A DNA stretch of 45,187 bases. It comes from Candidatus Thorarchaeota archaeon. Lineage in GTDB: Archaea > Asgardarchaeota > Thorarchaeia > Thorarchaeales > Thorarchaeaceae. Below the pieces are notes generated by a model, which saw nothing but the letters and a program-made list of their open reading frames with translations, had not been told where the DNA came from and made no database searches. Made by a program: the position numbers and the translations under genes. Shown here one piece after another: positions 18,380 through 26,936 of this stretch. The stretch spans positions 1 to 45,187 of the forward strand of contig PRDI01000117.1 of NCBI GenBank assembly GCA_003345595.1, given 5' to 3'. The stretch's first letter is position 1, and each line of letters opens with the position of its first letter.

Positions 18380-19528
18380 CTATCTTTTGATCTCATCCAT
18401 GAGTCGCGACGCTGAGAACTCATCAACCCGGTCCTTGACCTCTTCGCGAGCAGACTGGTGACGTTCAAGAAAGTCCAAAACCCTTGGGACCAGTATCTGC
18501 TTGCATTCGCCGCAGAGCATCTCTCCACTTCTGCACTTCCTTTCTATGTCGGCCAACTCCTTGTTGTCTGGCACGAAGATGAAGTTGTAGTACTTGAAGA
18601 CCGAACAGATATCGGGGTTCGCTCCAAGCCTTCGCTGCTCTTCAGCCGTGGATCGGCCACCGGTGAAAGCGTTCATCACCTTCTTCTTTGCGAGCTTCGG
18701 CTTGTCGGTCATGAAGATCGCAGACATAGGATCAGATGCGGACATCTTTCCTCCCTCTGCCAAACCCGGCACGAATCGGTTCTGGATAGAAGCGGGCTTG
18801 TAGTAACCCAGCTTATCGGCCACATCGCGTGTCACTCTCCAATGAGGGTCTTGGTCGATGGCACACGGAATGAGGCAAGGTGTGTTGGTGCCCGTAATCT
18901 CAGAGTGAAGAAACGCAAGTACGGCCTGCATAGCGGGATACCAGATGCCGCCTATGTTCATGGAGTTCTCGAAACCAAACACGGCCTTTGCAGTTGAGAA
19001 CGTTACTTTCTTCGCGACCCTCACAGCAATCTCGTAAAGGAGGCTGATGTCTTTGATGTCGTCTACGAGGAAAGTGTTCTCAGGTTCAAAGCCAAGTGCC
19101 AACAGGTCAATCGCATTCTCACGGGTGAAGCGATGGACATCCTCTATCGTGAGTTCCTCGTTGAACCAAAACTTCTCATCGTTCGTCAGCTGGAAGTAAA
19201 GACGCGTTTTGAATCTCTTCTGCAGCCACTTGGTGAATATCCACGGCACGATGTGACCAATGTGTACCGGACCACTTGGCCCACGGCCTGTGTAGATGAC
19301 GAACTTATCCCCCTTCTCGTATTCATCGAGAAGCCAATCGAGGTCTCTGTGGGAGAAGAACAGGTCTCTCTCGAGGTACATATGCTTCTCTCCGGCCACA
19401 CGATAGATGCGCTCTTTCAGCTTCTGGTCTATTCTCTGCGTGCCGAAGAGCTCTATGAGTCGATCGTAGTCTATCTTGCCCCTGACCTCCCAGGGTGTCA
19501 CGATCATCTCATCATTCTTGTCAGCCAT
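18380..19528 (-). CDS. trpS: Tryptophan--tRNA ligase (archaeal/eukaryotic type)
   Basis: VTPWEV, YTGRGPS, HIGH, CAIDQDPHWR, KMSAS, AFTGG, CGECK. Confidence 0.96.
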   Translation of the reverse strand: MADKNDEMIVTPWEVRGKIDYDRLIELFGTQRIDQKLKERIYRVAGEKHMYLERDLFFSHRDLDWLLDEYEKGDKFVIYTGRGPSGPVHIGHIVPWIFTKWLQKRFKTRLYFQLTNDEKFWFNEELTIEDVHRFTRENAIDLLALGFEPENTFLVDDIKDISLLYEIAVRVAKKVTFSTAKAVFGFENSMNIGGIWYPAMQAVLAFLHSEITGTNTPCLIPCAIDQDPHWRVTRDVADKLGYYKPASIQNRFVPGLAEGGKMSASDPMSAIFMTDKPKLAKKKVMNAFTGGRSTAEEQRRLGANPDICSVFKYYNFIFVPDNKELADIERKCRSGEMLCGECKQILVPRVLDFLERHQSAREEVKDRVDEFSASRLMDEIKR

Positions 19529-19642
19529 GCGCTAATCCACTCGATATCTGGCTTAGGTGCGAATAAGCGGCCGGCAGGCGTGTTTCTCAATTAAGGGTAT
19601 GCAATAGCTGCGTAGAAGTCGGACAATCTTGAACGTTTTCGA

Positions 19643-19855
19643 TAGGGGCTCAAATATCTCGAACCAGACCTCTCTTTGAGGCTGACTCGACACAATCCAG
19701 CCTCAAGGAGTACGACCCTAGTGCCGTTTCTGGGAGGACAAAGACTCCTGTGTCCAACTTCGTCCAACTTACAATGAACGGTAGTGGTGCCAAGATGGTT
19801 CTCTTGGCTTTTCCCGAAACCCGGGAAAGATCTCGGGCAGAAACAGGTGATACTA
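19643..19855 (-). ncRNA. Candidate structured 3'-UTR RNA element (multi-hairpin), unknown family
   Basis: Eight hand-identified stems in two nested domains; G-U pairs mostly favour the minus strand. Confidence 0.4.
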
Positions 19856-20509
19856 GAACGACACGTTGCGATAGATGTCGGGCAGTCTGATACCAGTCTT
19901 CCCCTGAAAGACATCTCTTAGAAGCTCGAAGTGTTCGTCCAAGTCCTTCAGTAGCTTCTCCAGCGCATGCGGCTCGATATTGGGTTCAGCGGTCCATATA
20001 GTCAGATAGTTGCTGACAACGCCAATGTCCGCAGCGTCTTCTTCGATGTCTTTGTAGATTGTAATCTTCACGAGAAACTCAGCTTCAAACATGTTGAGGA
20101 TGTCGTGCACACTCATCACAATGAGGTCGAGGAATCCAATGAAGTCCTCAAGCTCTGGTGTATCATCGACATTGTTCCTCAGCGACTCAGCGAAGGTCTG
20201 GATGCTCGATGCCCTCTGCCTCAGAGTCTCGAACATCTTCATGAGCTTCGTGAACTCCTTTATCGATGCCTCAAGGGCAGGCACTAGCTTGTCGAAAAGC
20301 GTCACCAAGAGCTTCCCACGGGTGTTGTCCCGGATGTCCTTGAAGCCATCCAGCTTCCCCATTGGACCATCAAGATGCTCGATCTGGGCAAGCGTGTTCG
20401 TGACAGCCTGTATGGCCTTCATCGAATTACGCTGAATCTTGGACCACCGCTCGACGAAGGAGTCAATGCCCTCACGCAGGTCCTCCAGGACTTCGAGTTC
20501 TTGAGCCAA
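19853..20509 (-). CDS. CINP/C1orf109-like helical-bundle protein
   Basis: All-helical 218 aa; C-terminal ILNMFEAEFLVK...YLTIWTAEPNIE resembles the CINP C-terminal motif as I recall it. TTG start. Confidence 0.7.
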   Translation of the reverse strand: MAQELEVLEDLREGIDSFVERWSKIQRNSMKAIQAVTNTLAQIEHLDGPMGKLDGFKDIRDNTRGKLLVTLFDKLVPALEASIKEFTKLMKMFETLRQRASSIQTFAESLRNNVDDTPELEDFIGFLDLIVMSVHDILNMFEAEFLVKITIYKDIEEDAADIGVVSNYLTIWTAEPNIEPHALEKLLKDLDEHFELLRDVFQGKTGIRLPDIYRNVSF

Positions 20510-20575
20510 GGTTGTCTCCGAAGAGTCTTCCCTACTAATGGCTTATAACTACTTCTGCGAGGACATGGGCGTAAA

Positions 20576-21133
20576 CTAGGATTTTGACGGCTCAGGCCTC
20601 ATCGCAGACTTCAGTGCGTCCGCCCGGGTCACGACACCAGTGAGCCGTCCCTGTTTTTGAACCAAGACAGCTTGGAAGGAATCGAAGAGAGTGAGGATTG
20701 ATTTGAGAGGAGTCTTTTCGTCAAACATCGGTGGTGAAACCGGATCCATGATTGTCTGGACAGAGATCTGCGTGAGGTCCCTACCAAGGTGACGAATGAT
20801 ATCTCGTTCGGTCACTATTCCTACAACTCTGCCGCTCCTGACAACTGGAAGTTGCGAGAATCCGCGTCTTCTCATTATCGGTATCGCTGTCGACACCGAG
20901 TCACGAGCATCGACTGACACCGGGTCTGGCGTCATGATGTCGCCACACGTGAAACCCTTGCGCTTGCTGAGAGTTTCGACGATTCTGTTCACAACTGACA
21001 ACTTTGGATCGAGTGTACCCGACTCAATCCGAGCTATGTACGACTGTGAAACCCCCACCGCCTTGGCGAGCTCTCCCTGAGTCATCCCATTCTCACGTCT
21101 CATAGTAGTCAGCTGTCCAGATGTCATCATCAT
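20576..21133 (-). CDS. HTH (XRE) + CBS-pair transcriptional regulator
   Basis: GMTQGELAKAVGVSQSYIARIESG HTH; GFSQLPVV, VGIVTERDI, GVVTRAD CBS motifs. Confidence 0.9.
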   Translation of the reverse strand: MMMTSGQLTTMRRENGMTQGELAKAVGVSQSYIARIESGTLDPKLSVVNRIVETLSKRKGFTCGDIMTPDPVSVDARDSVSTAIPIMRRRGFSQLPVVRSGRVVGIVTERDIIRHLGRDLTQISVQTIMDPVSPPMFDEKTPLKSILTLFDSFQAVLVQKQGRLTGVVTRADALKSAMRPEPSKS

Positions 21134-21272
21134 AAGCCACTGGCTCCATCATTCCTGTCGGTCATCACTGGGGCGTTTATGATTACCCTTGGTAATAGAA
21201 AAGCTCACAGAATGAGAAGCTATTTAAGACCTTTCATCGGCCAGACGCGGAAAAGCAATTGAGTTGAGAAAT

Positions 21273-22478
21273 ATGGGACTGAACCTTGAAGTCACTAAGG
21301 GAGAAGGCCTCTGCGTACCGGACCGACGCGTAGAGATTGTTGAAAGAAAGGGCAAGGGTCACCCTGACACTTTATGTGATAAGGCGGCTGAGGAGCTGTC
21401 GATACGCCTCAGTGAGTACTATCTTGAAACGTTTGGCAGAGTGCAGCATCACAACGTCGACAAGGTTCTGCTTGCCGGTGGTCTGTCGAACGTCCGGTTC
21501 GGCTGCGGAGATGTCATTGAACCAATATACATTCTGATGAGTGGTCGTGCCGTCGATGTGGTCGGGAAGGACTACACACGACAGGTACCCGTGGGTAAGT
21601 TTGCCATCGAACACACACGTGAATGGATGAGCAAGGACTTGCCCCATCTTGATGTGAATTCTGATCTGATTATCGACTACAAGATACGTGCTGGTAGCAC
21701 GGACCTTGTTGGCAATTTCGATGCAGGCGTAGAGGTGCCAAGATCGAATGACACAAGCTTTGGTGTTGGATATGCACCATTGTCAGCGACTGAGAAGCTG
21801 GTTCTGGAGGCTGAGCACTTGCTGAACGCCCCAGCAACCAAGAAGAAGTGGCCCCAGATTGGAGAAGACATCAAGGTCATGGGCACAAGAGTTGGAAAGG
21901 ACATTCACCTTCAGGTCGCAGTCGCAGTGATCTCGACAGAAACGCGCGACGCGAATGAGTACGCGAATGTGATGAATGCTATCAAGGACATGCTCTTGGA
22001 TCTAGGCGCCAAGACCACAGACATGCCCGTGACTGTCAGTGTCAACACCGCAGACGACCCATCAAAGGGGTTATACTACCTCACAGTTACAGGCACTTCT
22101 GCTGAGCACGGAGACGACGGGCAGGTGGGCCGAGGAAACAGAGCGAACGGCCTAATCACACCTTACAGGCCGATGACACTTGAAGCGGCCGCTGGCAAGA
22201 ACCCGGTTTCACATGTGGGAAAGACATACAACGTGGCGGCCAGGGAGATTGTCGAACGAATAACAGAGGAACATCCTGACCTGAAACAGGTATACTGTTA
22301 CCTTGTGAGCCAGATAGGTGCGCCGATAACTGAGCCCAGAGCAGTGAACGTCGAGCTATTCGGAAACGTGAATCTGAGCTCCATCAAAGGTTCTGTCAAG
22401 AGCATCTGTGAGGAAGTCATCGCCAAGCTGCCTCATGTCTGGAAAGGTTTCGTAAAACGGGAGTATCAGCTCTGGTAG
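21273..22478 (+). CDS. mat: Methionine adenosyltransferase (archaeal type)
   Basis: VERKGKGHPDTLCD, HHNVDK, NDTSFGVGYAP, GEDIKVMG, GTSAEHGDDGQVGRGNR, AGKNPVSHVGK. Confidence 0.96.
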   Translation: MGLNLEVTKGEGLCVPDRRVEIVERKGKGHPDTLCDKAAEELSIRLSEYYLETFGRVQHHNVDKVLLAGGLSNVRFGCGDVIEPIYILMSGRAVDVVGKDYTRQVPVGKFAIEHTREWMSKDLPHLDVNSDLIIDYKIRAGSTDLVGNFDAGVEVPRSNDTSFGVGYAPLSATEKLVLEAEHLLNAPATKKKWPQIGEDIKVMGTRVGKDIHLQVAVAVISTETRDANEYANVMNAIKDMLLDLGAKTTDMPVTVSVNTADDPSKGLYYLTVTGTSAEHGDDGQVGRGNRANGLITPYRPMTLEAAAGKNPVSHVGKTYNVAAREIVERITEEHPDLKQVYCYLVSQIGAPITEPRAVNVELFGNVNLSSIKGSVKSICEEVIAKLPHVWKGFVKREYQLW

Positions 22479-22499
22479 AGTCACACTCTGATTGGCCTA

Positions 22500-22541
22500 G
22501 CGAGGCGTCTTTGCTACGCCTCGCATACACCATCTCCTTTT
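22500..22541 (+). terminator. Hairpin followed by pyrimidine tract after mat
   Basis: GCGAGGCGT-ctttgct-ACGCCTCGC perfect 9-bp stem, then CATCTCCTTTT. Confidence 0.55.
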
Positions 22542-22703
22542 GCAGTGCACTTAGAACCGTGCCTTCTTCTTTCAGTCAGAAACCATGATTCAGAGGAGAC
22601 TAGAGAGAGATTGTTTTTAAGGAGTCGTTGTTAGCTTTTACCAAGGTCAACCCCTGGTCATGTGCCGTAGAGGGGTTGTTCAACGCATGAGGAGAAAGCA
22701 CAG

Positions 22704-23264
22704 TTGGGCAAGATAACCGACCCCATTGCTGAACGAATTCGGAAGAAAGCAGGCAAGGACATCAAGGGTGGCGTAATGGGAAAGATCACCCACTACATCC
22801 CTGGATGGCATGGATACCAGGAGAAGGAAGAACGCCGCTCCGCTGACAAGGTCCTTCGAGAATTCCTAGCTGATCAGCTTCGGTTGGTCAAGCAGGACAT
22901 TGAGAAGCTCCAGGCAATGATGGTTGACTACAACCTTACAAAGACCTGGGAAACGTTCGATAGAATGCTGGCTCTAACCGACAAGATCGAGTCTGCGATG
23001 CGATACGCTGACTACGGATACGCGGGATGGGGCTCCAAGGAGAAGATCAACGAGAAGGAACTTGACAAGATGTACCAGTTCGACTCCGTGCTCATCGACG
23101 ATATCGGTGCAATCAACGATGTTGTTGAAGAGTTCACAGAGAAGATGAACGAAGGCAAGTTCGACGATGCATGGAACTACACGTACAGACTGTGGCAGAT
23201 CATGCAGCGCCTCGAAGAGAAATGGAACCAGCGCGAAGGTTTCATGAAGGGCTACCAAGAGTGA
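22704..23264 (+). CDS. Conserved helical hypothetical protein (IPG..GY..KE.RR..D..LR / ADYGY.G family)
   Basis: TTTTTAAG TATA-like box at ~22615, GAGGAG SD, TTG start, own terminator; amphipathic helices. Confidence 0.85.
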   Translation: MGKITDPIAERIRKKAGKDIKGGVMGKITHYIPGWHGYQEKEERRSADKVLREFLADQLRLVKQDIEKLQAMMVDYNLTKTWETFDRMLALTDKIESAMRYADYGYAGWGSKEKINEKELDKMYQFDSVLIDDIGAINDVVEEFTEKMNEGKFDDAWNYTYRLWQIMQRLEEKWNQREGFMKGYQE

Positions 23265-23295
23265 GTCCTGTTCAGGCTGGATACTGCAACTGAAG

Positions 23296-23341
23296 AGAAC
23301 GGGTTCCTACCCGTTCTTCCTAGTTTTCTTTTCCCTCTTTC
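23296..23341 (+). terminator. Hairpin + T-rich tract
   Basis: AGAACGGG-ttccta-CCCGTTCT followed by TTTTCTTTTCCCTCTTT. Confidence 0.65.
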
Positions 23342-23357
23342 TGACGCGGGTGGCAAG

Positions 23358-23858
23358 ATGACATCAGGCATCCAGGTGAGAGATTATACCCCAACAGACT
23401 TGAAGCAGGTCGAAGAAATCATCTTAACCGCAGAGAACTTCGGTCGTGACTTCCTTGACCACGAGAGAAGAGTAGTGCGCTTTCTCCATGAGTCTCCTGA
23501 CACGGGGAGGATTCTCGTCGCATCTGAGAAGGCAACGGCAGAGATTGTCGGGTACGCAGCAATCAGATACGGTTGGAGAACGCTCATTATCGAGTCAATC
23601 ATCACAGAGCACAATCATCTGAGGCTAGGGATTGGCAGACTCATGATGGACTACATTAAGCAAATCGGAGAAGATCACCCGGACATGGAGATCATTCGTG
23701 TGGATACTGGCGACTTCATGGATTATGCTCAAACATTCTATTTGGCATGTGGTTTTCAAATCAGTGGTTTCGCATCCCACTACCTAGGCTGGCACAACAA
23801 TCAAGTCATCTTTGTCTACCGCCTCAAACAAGCTCACTCCATCAAAGAGGGTGACTAG
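23358..23858 (+). CDS. GNAT-family N-acetyltransferase
   Basis: IVGYA, HLRLGIGRLMM (motif A), AQTFYLACGF. Confidence 0.88.
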   Translation: MTSGIQVRDYTPTDLKQVEEIILTAENFGRDFLDHERRVVRFLHESPDTGRILVASEKATAEIVGYAAIRYGWRTLIIESIITEHNHLRLGIGRLMMDYIKQIGEDHPDMEIIRVDTGDFMDYAQTFYLACGFQISGFASHYLGWHNNQVIFVYRLKQAHSIKEGD

Positions 23859-23927
23859 CCCTCGTTCGTTGACTGCATTGCAGGGCGGGGTTAAATACCA
23901 CAATGCAATCTAGAGTGGTGACAGACG

Positions 23928-24323
23928 GTGGCAACTCCGCACATTCTGAACTTGTCCAAGGGCGAGCACACTCATCGTGTCCCCTACTGCTATACGCAGG
24001 CTCGGAAGACTCTGGTTGAGATGCAGAGGCTTGTCGATGAGGACATGCGTACCGGCATAGAGCGACCCCTCTTGCTGGATCATCTCGGAGCCCTGATTGA
24101 TTCTGTCGATGACCTCTGGAGAAGTGTTCAACAGGGTGCGGTGTCTGTCGATTCAATATCACTGCTCAGGGTGCTCAAGTACATCAGCTGCTGGGACCTC
24201 CGTCAGAGGTTGAGAGAACCAAACCTCCAGCATGCCAAGATTCTGCGCGATCTCAGACTTTTCGTCAATACAATGGACTATCTGATTGTCCCCAGAGTAA
24301 CAGGTCGTGTGGTCAATGACTGA
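23928..24323 (+). CDS. Hypothetical helical protein
   Basis: GTTAAATA TATA-like box at ~23890 and GGTGA SD before GTG; Leu-rich amphipathic sequence. Confidence 0.6.
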   Translation: MATPHILNLSKGEHTHRVPYCYTQARKTLVEMQRLVDEDMRTGIERPLLLDHLGALIDSVDDLWRSVQQGAVSVDSISLLRVLKYISCWDLRQRLREPNLQHAKILRDLRLFVNTMDYLIVPRVTGRVVND

Positions 24324-24458
24324 CTGCATGAGATCGCGCAAAGGATGGCATCGGTGACTGAGAAACAAAGGCACCTCTCCACTTGCGAGTCACGTTTCCT
24401 CAGAGCTTGGGCGGGAGAAGACTGATTAGCTCTCTGACCCAAGGGCCAGACGATAATC

Positions 24459-25214
24459 ATGAAAATCACGCTGCTTGGAACAGGCACATCATACCCGGAC
24501 CCAGAACGAGTTCAATCAGGCATCTTGGTAGAGCAGGATGGAAGGCTCATGATTCTGGATATAGGATCCGGCGTGCTCCACAGGTTGGTGCAGACCGGAG
24601 CCGACGTGAAGTCGATTGATTCTGTCTTCATTAGCCACTTTCATGTCGATCACTGCTCTGACTTCATGCCTCTGTACCAGACCCTTATGATGTCCGGGTA
24701 CGACAGGAGCCTTCACCTGTTCGGACCACTAACTGTGAATGAGTGGTTTAACACGCTGAATGACAGAATCTACCCATACCTAAAGGGTAGAGTGCCAGTA
24801 GAAGTCACACCGTTGAAAGAACTGGACACTGTGCAGGTCGGATCACTCACAATCAGATGCTGCAAGAGCAAGCATGGGACCGTGGATGGTCGAGCAGTCA
24901 GAGTTGAACACAAGGACCACTCGTTCGTGTACTCATCCGATACTGCTCCGAGCAGTGATGTGTTAGGGCTCGCCAAGGGTACCGATGTTCTCATCCATGA
25001 GTGCATGTGGCTTGATGGAAAACACCCCGAAGGCGTTCACACGGCACCCAGCGAGCTTGCCCGGATTGTAGAGCTGGCTAGGCCGAAGAGGATCATAGCA
25101 TCCCATCTCTCTCCAGAGGTGGTGTCCAATGGTAGCAGGGTCGCTACAATCATTGGCCAGAACACGGGCACTGATGTGGCCATGGGCCGGGACCTCATGA
25201 CCTTCATGATATGA
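24459..25214 (+). CDS. MBL-fold metallohydrolase, RNase Z/ElaC-like
   Basis: LLGTG, DIGSG, SHFHVDH, YSSDT, LIHEC, HT, ASHL. Confidence 0.88.
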   Translation: MKITLLGTGTSYPDPERVQSGILVEQDGRLMILDIGSGVLHRLVQTGADVKSIDSVFISHFHVDHCSDFMPLYQTLMMSGYDRSLHLFGPLTVNEWFNTLNDRIYPYLKGRVPVEVTPLKELDTVQVGSLTIRCCKSKHGTVDGRAVRVEHKDHSFVYSSDTAPSSDVLGLAKGTDVLIHECMWLDGKHPEGVHTAPSELARIVELARPKRIIASHLSPEVVSNGSRVATIIGQNTGTDVAMGRDLMTFMI

Positions 25215-25240
25215 GCAGGGATTGATCTACCGCGCAACCG

Positions 25241-25696
25241 TCATGGCTGCGACGGTGGGACTGGAACATACATCGACCTTATGTTTCTACATCCCAGAAG
25301 AGCCATCATAATGAATAGCGGGCAAACCAGTGTCAGACCGCCAATCTCTGGAAGGATGAGCGGAACGCCGTATTGGACTATCGTGTAGCCATTGAGTGTC
25401 AAGATACCGAAGAAAATGGCGGAATGACCTGCATTGAAATAGGCCGCTGTCCGCGGGAAGCCGTAATTGAACGAGGCAAGAATGAAGGAAACCTCTCTGA
25501 AGATGCTCACTTGGAAGTAGAGCATGACGACAATCAGTATCAGGTACCCGAAGGCGTAGAACATGGCATAAGCCGCGATGGTCAGGCCTATAATGTAGAA
25601 ATACGACCCTATTGGGTTGAACTGCCTCTTGGCTGGCGCACTTCTCTCCTCTGCCCGTTGGCCCTCGCCAGTGGACTGCGGCTGGTCTTCTGACAA
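25241..25696 (-). CDS. Small membrane protein (~4 TM), unknown function
   Basis: Polar N-tail then hydrophobic helices; TATATAAA box on the minus strand at ~25728-25736. Confidence 0.7.
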   Translation of the reverse strand: MSEDQPQSTGEGQRAEERSAPAKRQFNPIGSYFYIIGLTIAAYAMFYAFGYLILIVVMLYFQVSIFREVSFILASFNYGFPRTAAYFNAGHSAIFFGILTLNGYTIVQYGVPLILPEIGGLTLVCPLFIMMALLGCRNIRSMYVPVPPSQP

Positions 25697-25868
25697 CGTT
25701 CTTTCAACTTCCCGTGCGCGACCTTCCTTTTATATAGTGGGCTCTACACGCAATAGAGTGTCGACCTCGTGGTTGACTAAGACGAGTGCGGGCCAGAACA
25801 TGTCAATCTTTAAAACGGATTACAGCGAATAGGCCGCAATACTCGAACACACTACGGGTGTAAAAAGC

Positions 25869-26750
25869 ATGGCTGATAGTATAGAGTGGACAAATGCAAG
25901 CCCGGACGATATCGTCTGGCGCTTCCCCGACAACAGGGTCAAGTGGGGCAGTCAGCTAACTGTCATGGAGAATCAGGTTGCTATATTCTACAGAGACGGT
26001 AAGGCGCTCGACACTTTCATTGCAGGGCGTCACAAGCTGACTACCAGCAGTATGCCTGGAATGGTCGGCTGGTTGCAGAAGAAGATCAAGGGAGATGTCT
26101 TTGAAGCAACCTGCATCTTCGTCTCACGCTCCCAGTTCCAAGGCAAGTTCGGGGGCAGGGGACAGACAAGCGACTTGGCTCCATTGATGTTTCACGGAAA
26201 CTTCTGGTTCAAGATCAAGGAGCCGAAGATCTTCACGAATGAGGTCGTGGGTAACCAGAATGCGTTCACAACTGCAAAGGTCAACGACTATCTGCGGTCG
26301 TTCATGAACGAACGAATCATTGACGAGTTCGCTCACTATGACATGCAGACTGTCTTCACGCAACTCGATGAGACCTCGCTCAAGGTCAAGACAAATGTCC
26401 GCATGAACTTTGAGAGACTTGGACTCGAGCTCGTGGACGTCAAGTTTGAAGGCATGGACACGACCGAGCAGTACCGTGAGCGACTCTTCTGGCTCAAGAC
26501 CGGCAAGGTCGAGGGCTCTCATCTGGCTGGCATGGAAACCATGAAGAGTGCAGCTGAGTCACTCGGCAAGAGTCCGGGTGCCGGTTTCGGTGCAGGCATG
26601 GGTTTTATGGGTGCTGTAAGCGGAGCCGTTTCAGGTGGACAGCAGAGCGGGCAAGCCGGAGCTGCGGCAGGAACCAAGTTCTGCCCGAATTGCGGTACGG
26701 CCCTCCAAGGTGCAAAGTTCTGCCCCAATTGCGGCACTAAAGTAGGATAG
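25869..26750 (+). CDS. SPFH/Band-7 (YdjI-like) protein with C-terminal double Zn ribbon
   Basis: IVWRFP, GSQLTVMENQVAIFYRDGK, GRHKL.T..P; Gly/Ala-rich linker GAGMG; FCPNCG...KFCPNCG. Confidence 0.88.
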   Translation: MADSIEWTNASPDDIVWRFPDNRVKWGSQLTVMENQVAIFYRDGKALDTFIAGRHKLTTSSMPGMVGWLQKKIKGDVFEATCIFVSRSQFQGKFGGRGQTSDLAPLMFHGNFWFKIKEPKIFTNEVVGNQNAFTTAKVNDYLRSFMNERIIDEFAHYDMQTVFTQLDETSLKVKTNVRMNFERLGLELVDVKFEGMDTTEQYRERLFWLKTGKVEGSHLAGMETMKSAAESLGKSPGAGFGAGMGFMGAVSGAVSGGQQSGQAGAAAGTKFCPNCGTALQGAKFCPNCGTKVG

Positions 26751-26759
26751 ACACAGCAG

Positions 26760-26800
26760 GAAGGGAGAACCCGCGGTTCTGCCCTTCTCTTCTTCTTTTC
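26760..26800 (+). terminator. Hairpin + T-rich tract
   Basis: GAAGGG-AGAACC-cgc-GGTTCT-g-CCCTTC followed by TCTTCTTCTTTT. Confidence 0.65.
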
Positions 26801-26936
26801 ATTTGCATACTGGCAGAGGTGTCATTCGGCGAAGTGAGCCAACGTCATAGCCCTAGACCCCTAGATTACCATCGGTTTCGTTTGGTCTCGTTGAGATGGA
26901 CTGCTTGTGGCAATGGCCCAAGCAAGACAGGCTTGC

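Noticed and set aside
19752-19770. GTCCAACTT tandem repeat as a CRISPR or iteron remnant
   Set aside because: Only two 9-nt copies, no spacers and no cas or rep genes.
19591-19914. 107-aa minus-strand ORF
   Set aside because: Overlaps the CINP-like gene out of frame, has atypical composition and coincides with the structured RNA region.
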